NCBI RefSeq assembly: GCF_055900595.2 | Contig: NZ_CM148325.1 | DNA: 64,000 bases | Reading direction: 5' to 3' (one strand) | In this document: one piece after another, positions 58,678 through 64,000 of the stretch | Layout of the letters: each line of letters begins with the position of its first letter | How positions within the stretch are numbered: position 1 is the stretch's first letter | The notes under the pieces: generated by a model | Told to the model about the DNA's origin: nothing | The model's input: only the letters and a program-made list of their open reading frames with translations | The model's database searches: none | Made by a program: the position numbers and the translations under genes

Positions 58678-60180
58678 TTATTCCACCGCCCACTGCGGAT
58701 TTTTTGCCACTCTGCTGCAATAGTTCTGGTAAATCGCCATCGCTAACAGCGAGAAGAAGACAGGGCCGCCAATCATCCACAATGTGCTGTCCCAGTCTCC
58801 GGCTTCAACCACAGGTTGAATGATGGTGAAGACGTTCGCAAATGTCACCACCAGTACGACAACCACCGTCGCAATCATTGCCGACATACGCGTTTTGAAA
58901 ATCACAAACGGTCTGTCGAGATCCTGACGTGCTTTAAAGAATGGGAAAGCCAGCGCGAGGAACAAGTAAGGAAGCGTCATAGACACGTTCGCCATCAGCG
59001 TCAGCTTGTTAAAGAACGCCGATGCGGTACCGCCACCAAACGAAACCAGCAGGATGAAGATAGTAACCAGCCCACACTGCATCCACATGGCGATAGACGG
59101 CATCCCCATCGCATTCAGGCGCGTCATCGGTTCTGGCCACAACGCTTTCGGCGTCCCCTGGATGATGGCTTTCAGCGGTGAATAGCAAAGCGTAAAGAAC
59201 GCACCGGTATAAGCGAGGAACATCGAAAGTCCGGTAATACGCGCAAACCATACGCCCAGCGACAATGACGCTTCAGGTGACAAATGCAGTGCGTTACCCA
59301 GCGTCATCCCGAGGCTCTTCATCAGCACATAGGTAATATTGCCAAGGTTAACGGAACCATTACTTAATACCTGCTGCCAGTTTGTGCTGACGCCCCATAA
59401 AAATATTGCCAGCGAATAACCGATTGAAATAACAATAGCGGCAAAAACAATACCTTTGGCAAAGTTCTTTTCTGGATTTTCCGTTTTATCGACCAGACCA
59501 CCCACCGCTTCAATTCCGCCATAGGCAAAAATGGCAAATACCACAAACGATAGCATCGCCAGACCGGATTGATATCCAGGGTTCGGTGATGTCAGGAAAT
59601 TAATATCCTGCGCGAAATGCCCACCATTTAATAACAAAATAGTAATGCTTACTAACAGTAATACTAAATTCAGGCACATTACTGCAATACCGCCCACCGC
59701 AGTAATGCGGGCAATTTTATTAATCCCTTTTGAAGCAACGACGGTGACCAGAATCATCCATGCCACTGCCAGCAGACCAACCACCTGCGTAGGTTCCAGT
59801 CCGGCAATACGCCAGTGCTGGGTCATGTCGCTACCGTAGAGAAATGTTGAGAACGGTACCCAAACTTTCGCGGAGGTGCTCACCATCCAGATGATATAAG
59901 AGGAAAACCACATAAACGTACCAATGAAGGCAAAACGGGGTCCGACACTATTATTCATCCAGGAATAGATACCGCCTTCTTCTTTGCGATACGCAGCGCC
60001 CATTTCAGCCATCATTAAGGCGAATGGAATAAAGAATAACAATGCAGAAAATATATAAAAGGGAATCGCACTATAACCCATTAAGTAATAAGCCGATGGG
60101 CTATTGGCAAATCCAAATACGGAAGTAAAGATCATCAATATGAGTCCTATCAGACTCATCTTTTTTATCGTGTGAGGCAT
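58678..60180 (-). CDS. yjeM: APC-superfamily amino acid transporter YjeM
   Basis: 500 aa from ATG 60178-60180 (MPHTIKKMSLIGLILMIF...); polytopic. Confidence 0.88.
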   Translation of the reverse strand: MPHTIKKMSLIGLILMIFTSVFGFANSPSAYYLMGYSAIPFYIFSALLFFIPFALMMAEMGAAYRKEEGGIYSWMNNSVGPRFAFIGTFMWFSSYIIWMVSTSAKVWVPFSTFLYGSDMTQHWRIAGLEPTQVVGLLAVAWMILVTVVASKGINKIARITAVGGIAVMCLNLVLLLVSITILLLNGGHFAQDINFLTSPNPGYQSGLAMLSFVVFAIFAYGGIEAVGGLVDKTENPEKNFAKGIVFAAIVISIGYSLAIFLWGVSTNWQQVLSNGSVNLGNITYVLMKSLGMTLGNALHLSPEASLSLGVWFARITGLSMFLAYTGAFFTLCYSPLKAIIQGTPKALWPEPMTRLNAMGMPSIAMWMQCGLVTIFILLVSFGGGTASAFFNKLTLMANVSMTLPYLFLALAFPFFKARQDLDRPFVIFKTRMSAMIATVVVVLVVTFANVFTIIQPVVEAGDWDSTLWMIGGPVFFSLLAMAIYQNYCSRVAKNPQWAVE

Positions 60181-60398
60181 GAAACCATCCTTCATTTCAG
60201 CGCGTGTATAAAACGCGCCCACTGAACTGCACCGCCCAACATTGAGCGGGCAGCGTAAAAACCAATACAGAATTGATACCTGGATGATATCAAATATCCA
60301 GTCTTAAATTGTGGCCTTTAGCGGAAAAATGAAAACATATGCTACAGAATGGCGCTCATCACGCCATTCTTCGCTGTTAATTCAGTAATTTTTCAGAA

Positions 60399-61376
60399 TT
60401 ATGCCCGGTCAACGCTAAAGGCGATGACTTCAGCCAGTGTCTCCGCGCCCAGCGCCAACATCACCAGACGATCAACGCCTAATGCCACGCCGGAACAGTC
60501 AGGCATACCGACTTTCAAGGCTTCAATAAGATTCTGGTCAATGGGGTGCTGCGGCAAACCGCGCGCCGCGCGCTTACGGTTATCTTGTTCAAAACGTTGT
60601 TGCTGCTCACGGGCATCCGTCAATTCATGGAAACCATTCGCCAGCTCAATACCTTTATAATAAACCTCAAAGCGTTCAGCGACCCGATGATCTTCGGTAC
60701 TGATTTGCGCCAGTGATGCCTGGCTGGCCGGAAAGTGGTACACAAAGGTCGGTTTTTCTTTGCCAATATTTGGCTCTACGCCAAAGGTAAACAGCAGTTG
60801 TAGCAGCGTGTCGCGGTCTTCTTCGGTATCGGCAACGTTGCTCAAATCCAGTTTCGCTGCCACTTCCCGCAGTTGCGTTTTGTCGGCAGAGAGCGGGTCA
60901 ATTTCCAGATAACGCAAGAAAGCTTGTTGATAAGAAAGACTTTCTGCTGCCGGGCAGTCCAGCACCTGTTGCAAGAGATCGTCCACCTCGTTCATCAACC
61001 GGTACATATCATAGTGCGGTCGATACCACTCCAGCATAGTGAATTCAGGGTTGTGATAACGCCCCATCTCTTCATTACGGAAGCTGCGACACAGCTGGAA
61101 AACCGGCCCACAACCGGCAACCAGCAGGCGTTTCATATGGTATTCCGGGCTGGTCATTAACCAGAGATTCATCCCCTGCGAATGCCCGGGGCCAACGAAA
61201 CGCGTCTCAAACGGGACCAAATGAATATCGGTTACCGTCGCCTGGCTCATACAAGGCGTCTCCACCTCCAGCACTCCACGATCGGCAAAGAAACGACGGA
61301 TCTCCGCCATAATCGCCGCGCGTTTTAATAAGTTAGGAATGGATGCGCTCGGCTGCCAGGATGCCGTTTCGCTCAT
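60399..61376 (-). CDS. epmA: EF-P (R)-beta-lysine ligase EpmA (PoxA, lysyl-tRNA-synthetase-like)
   Basis: 325 aa from ATG 61374-61376 ([20 protein letters not shown]...); class II aaRS catalytic core. Confidence 0.92.
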   Translation of the reverse strand: MSETASWQPSASIPNLLKRAAIMAEIRRFFADRGVLEVETPCMSQATVTDIHLVPFETRFVGPGHSQGMNLWLMTSPEYHMKRLLVAGCGPVFQLCRSFRNEEMGRYHNPEFTMLEWYRPHYDMYRLMNEVDDLLQQVLDCPAAESLSYQQAFLRYLEIDPLSADKTQLREVAAKLDLSNVADTEEDRDTLLQLLFTFGVEPNIGKEKPTFVYHFPASQASLAQISTEDHRVAERFEVYYKGIELANGFHELTDAREQQQRFEQDNRKRAARGLPQHPIDQNLIEALKVGMPDCSGVALGVDRLVMLALGAETLAEVIAFSVDRA

Positions 61377-61549
61377 AGTTAAATCTCCATTTTTTGACAA
61401 GGGCACGAAGTCTACTCGCAACGCGGCGGCGAGACAAATTTTACGCAGGTATCAATCAACGGTGGGCGGTGACTAAAAAAAGCACGATCTGATGGTTTAG
61501 TAATTAAATTAATCATCTTCAGTGATAATTTAGCCCTCTTGCGCACTAA

Positions 61550-61571
61550 AAAAATCGATCTCGTCAAATTT
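61550..61571. promoter_or_regulatory. Candidate FNR site in the frdA promoter region (aaaaTCGATctcgTCAAAttt)
   Basis: Imperfect TTGAT-N4-ATCAA-like dyad about 130 nt upstream of the frdA GTG; frd is a known FNR-activated operon. Confidence 0.35.
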
Positions 61572-61700
61572 CAGACTTATCCATCAGACTATACTGTTGT
61601 ACCTATAAAGGAGCAGTGGAATAGCGTTCGCAGACCGTAACTTTCAGGCACTTACCCTGAAGTACGGGGCTGTGGGATAAAAACAATCTGGAGGAATGTC

Positions 61701-63509
61701 GTGCAAACCTTTCAAGCCGATCTTGCCATTGTAGGCGCCGGTGGCGCGGGATTACGTGCTGCAATTGCTGCCGCGCAGGCAAATCCAAATGCAAAAATCG
61801 CACTAATCTCAAAAGTATACCCTATGCGTAGCCATACCGTTGCTGCAGAAGGGGGCTCCGCCGCTGTCGCGCAGGATCATGACAGCTTCGAATATCACTT
61901 TCACGATACAGTAGCGGGTGGCGACTGGTTGTGTGAGCAGGATGTCGTGGATTATTTCGTCCACCACTGCCCAACCGAAATGACCCAACTGGAACTGTGG
62001 GGATGCCCATGGAGCCGTCGCCCGGATGGTAGCGTCAACGTACGTCGCTTCGGCGGCATGAAAATCGAGCGTACCTGGTTCGCCGCCGATAAGACCGGCT
62101 TCCATATGCTGCACACGCTGTTCCAGACCTCTCTGCAATTCCCGCAGATCCAGCGTTTTGACGAGCACTTCGTACTGGATATTCTGGTTGATGATGGTCA
62201 TGTTCGCGGCCTGGTGGCAATGAACATGATGGAAGGCACGCTGGTGCAGATCCGCGCTAACGCGGTCGTTATGGCTACCGGCGGTGCGGGTCGCGTTTAT
62301 CGTTACAACACCAACGGCGGTATCGTTACCGGTGACGGTATGGGTATGGCGCTAAGCCACGGCGTTCCGCTGCGTGACATGGAATTCGTTCAGTATCACC
62401 CAACCGGTCTGCCAGGTTCCGGTATCTTGATGACCGAAGGCTGCCGCGGTGAAGGCGGTATTCTGGTCAACAAAAATGGCTACCGTTATCTGCAAGATTA
62501 CGGCATGGGCCCGGAAACTCCGCTGGGCGAGCCGAAAAACAAATATATGGAACTGGGTCCACGCGACAAAGTTTCTCAGGCCTTCTGGCACGAATGGCGT
62601 AAAGGCAACACCATCTCCACGCCGCGTGGCGATGTGGTTTATCTCGACCTGCGTCACCTCGGCGAGAAAAAACTGCATGAACGTCTGCCGTTCATCTGCG
62701 AACTGGCGAAAGCGTACGTTGGCGTCGATCCGGTTAAAGAACCGATTCCAGTACGTCCGACCGCACACTACACCATGGGCGGTATCGAAACCGATCAGAA
62801 CTGTGAAACCCGCATTAAAGGTCTGTTCGCCGTGGGTGAATGTTCCTCTGTTGGTCTGCACGGTGCAAACCGTCTGGGCTCCAACTCGCTGGCGGAACTG
62901 GTGGTCTTCGGTCGTCTGGCCGGTGAACAAGCGACAGAACGTGCAGCAACTGCCGGTAATGGCAACGAAGCGGCAATTGAAGCGCAGGCTGCTGGCGTTG
63001 AACAACGTCTGAAAGATCTGGTTAACCAGGATGGCGGCGAAAACTGGGCGAAGATCCGCGACGAAATGGGCCTGGCAATGGAAGAAGGTTGCGGTATCTA
63101 CCGTACGCCGGAACTGATGCAGAAAACCATCGACAAGCTGGCTGAGCTGCAGGAACGCTTCAAGCGCGTGCGCATCACCGACACCTCCAGCGTGTTCAAC
63201 ACCGACCTGCTCTACACCATTGAACTGGGTCACGGTCTGAACGTTGCTGAATGTATGGCGCACTCCGCAATGGCACGTAAAGAGTCCCGCGGCGCGCACC
63301 AGCGTCTGGACGAAGGTTGCACCGAGCGTGACGACGTCAACTTCCTCAAACACACCCTCGCCTTCCGCGATGCTGATGGCACTACTCGCCTGGAGTACAG
63401 CGACGTGAAGATTACTACGCTGCCGCCAGCTAAACGCGTTTACGGTGGCGAAGCGGATGCAGCCGATAAGGCGGAAGCAGCCAATAAGAAGGAGAAGGCG
63501 AATGGCTGA
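61701..63509 (+). CDS. frdA: Fumarate reductase flavoprotein subunit
   Basis: 602-aa ORF from GTG 61701; [22 protein letters not shown] motif; HTVAAEGG covalent-FAD His region. Confidence 0.97.
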
Positions 63510-64000
63510 GATGAAAAACCTGAAAATTGAGGTGGTGCGCTATAACCCGGAAGTCGATACCGCACCGCATAGCGCATTCTATGAAGTGCCTTATGACGCA
63601 ACTACCTCATTACTGGATGCGCTGGGCTATATCAAAGACAACCTGGCACCGGACCTGAGCTACCGCTGGTCCTGCCGTATGGCGATTTGTGGTTCCTGCG
63701 GCATGATGGTTAACAACGTGCCAAAACTGGCATGCAAAACCTTCCTGCGTGACTACACCGACGGTATGAAGGTTGAAGCGTTAGCTAACTTCCCGATTGA
63801 ACGCGATCTGGTGGTCGATATGACTCACTTTATCGAAAGTCTGGAAGCGATCAAACCGTACATCATCGGCAACTCCCGCACTGCGGATCAGGGTACTAAC
63901 ATCCAGACCCCGGCGCAGATGGCGAAGTATCACCAGTTCTCCGGTTGCATCAACTGTGGTCTGTGCTACGCCGCGTGCCCGCAGTTTGGCCTGAACCCAG
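63502..64000 (+). CDS. frdB: Fumarate reductase iron-sulfur subunit (5' portion; runs off the window)
   Basis: ATG 63502 overlapping the frdA stop; [23 protein letters not shown]...; 2Fe-2S Cys motif [10 protein letters not shown]; truncated by the window end. Confidence 0.95.

Noticed and set aside
62352-63353. 333-aa ORF on the - strand
   Set aside because: Antisense to frdA; a frame artefact inside a strongly supported gene

Overview
This window is recognisably Escherichia coli chromosome, the region between cpdB/ytfH and frdAB (about 94-95 min on the K-12 map), in the opposite orientation to the K-12 convention. All calls come from reading the supplied ORF translations and the DNA by eye; no database search, alignment or folding program was run, and comparisons with K-12 are from memory. 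The conserved backbone is: cpdB tail, ytfH, qorB, ytfF, ytfE, cycA, fklB, ytfB; rpsF-priB-rpsR-rplI; yjfY; the ula L-ascorbate regulon; yjfP, bsmA, yjfN, aidB; the PspA-family yjfIJKLMC operon; rlmB, rnr, nsrR, purA, yjeT; the nnr-tsaE-amiB-mutL-miaA-hfq-hflXKC block; queG; three tandem tRNA-Gly(GCC); orn, rsgA, psd, mscM, yjeO, yjeM, epmA, frdA and the start of frdB. Three accessory features stand out against this backbone. (1) A 1.07 kb gene for a two-TM K+-channel-like protein (pore motif TLGFGDITP) sits between yjfJ and yjfK inside the PspA-family operon, with overlapping stop/start codons at both junctions, about 43% GC in sampled stretches and rare Arg/Gly/Leu codons. I consider this the best candidate for an undescribed membrane-stress or ion-flux module. 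(2) An ~8.3 kb locus between ytfB and yjfZ encodes a divergent TetR-family regulator and a compact six-gene operon (SDR dehydrogenase, xylose-isomerase-like TIM-barrel enzyme, crotonase, family-I CoA-transferase, FrdA/SdhA-superfamily flavoprotein, ACS-type MFS transporter); it looks like an uncharacterised CoA-dependent organic-acid pathway. (3) A YagU/DUF1440-like inner-membrane protein gene lies between yjfY and ulaF. A fourth oddity is a ~121-nt insertion between two of the three tRNA-Gly copies. No IS elements, integrases, CRISPR arrays or prophage genes were seen.
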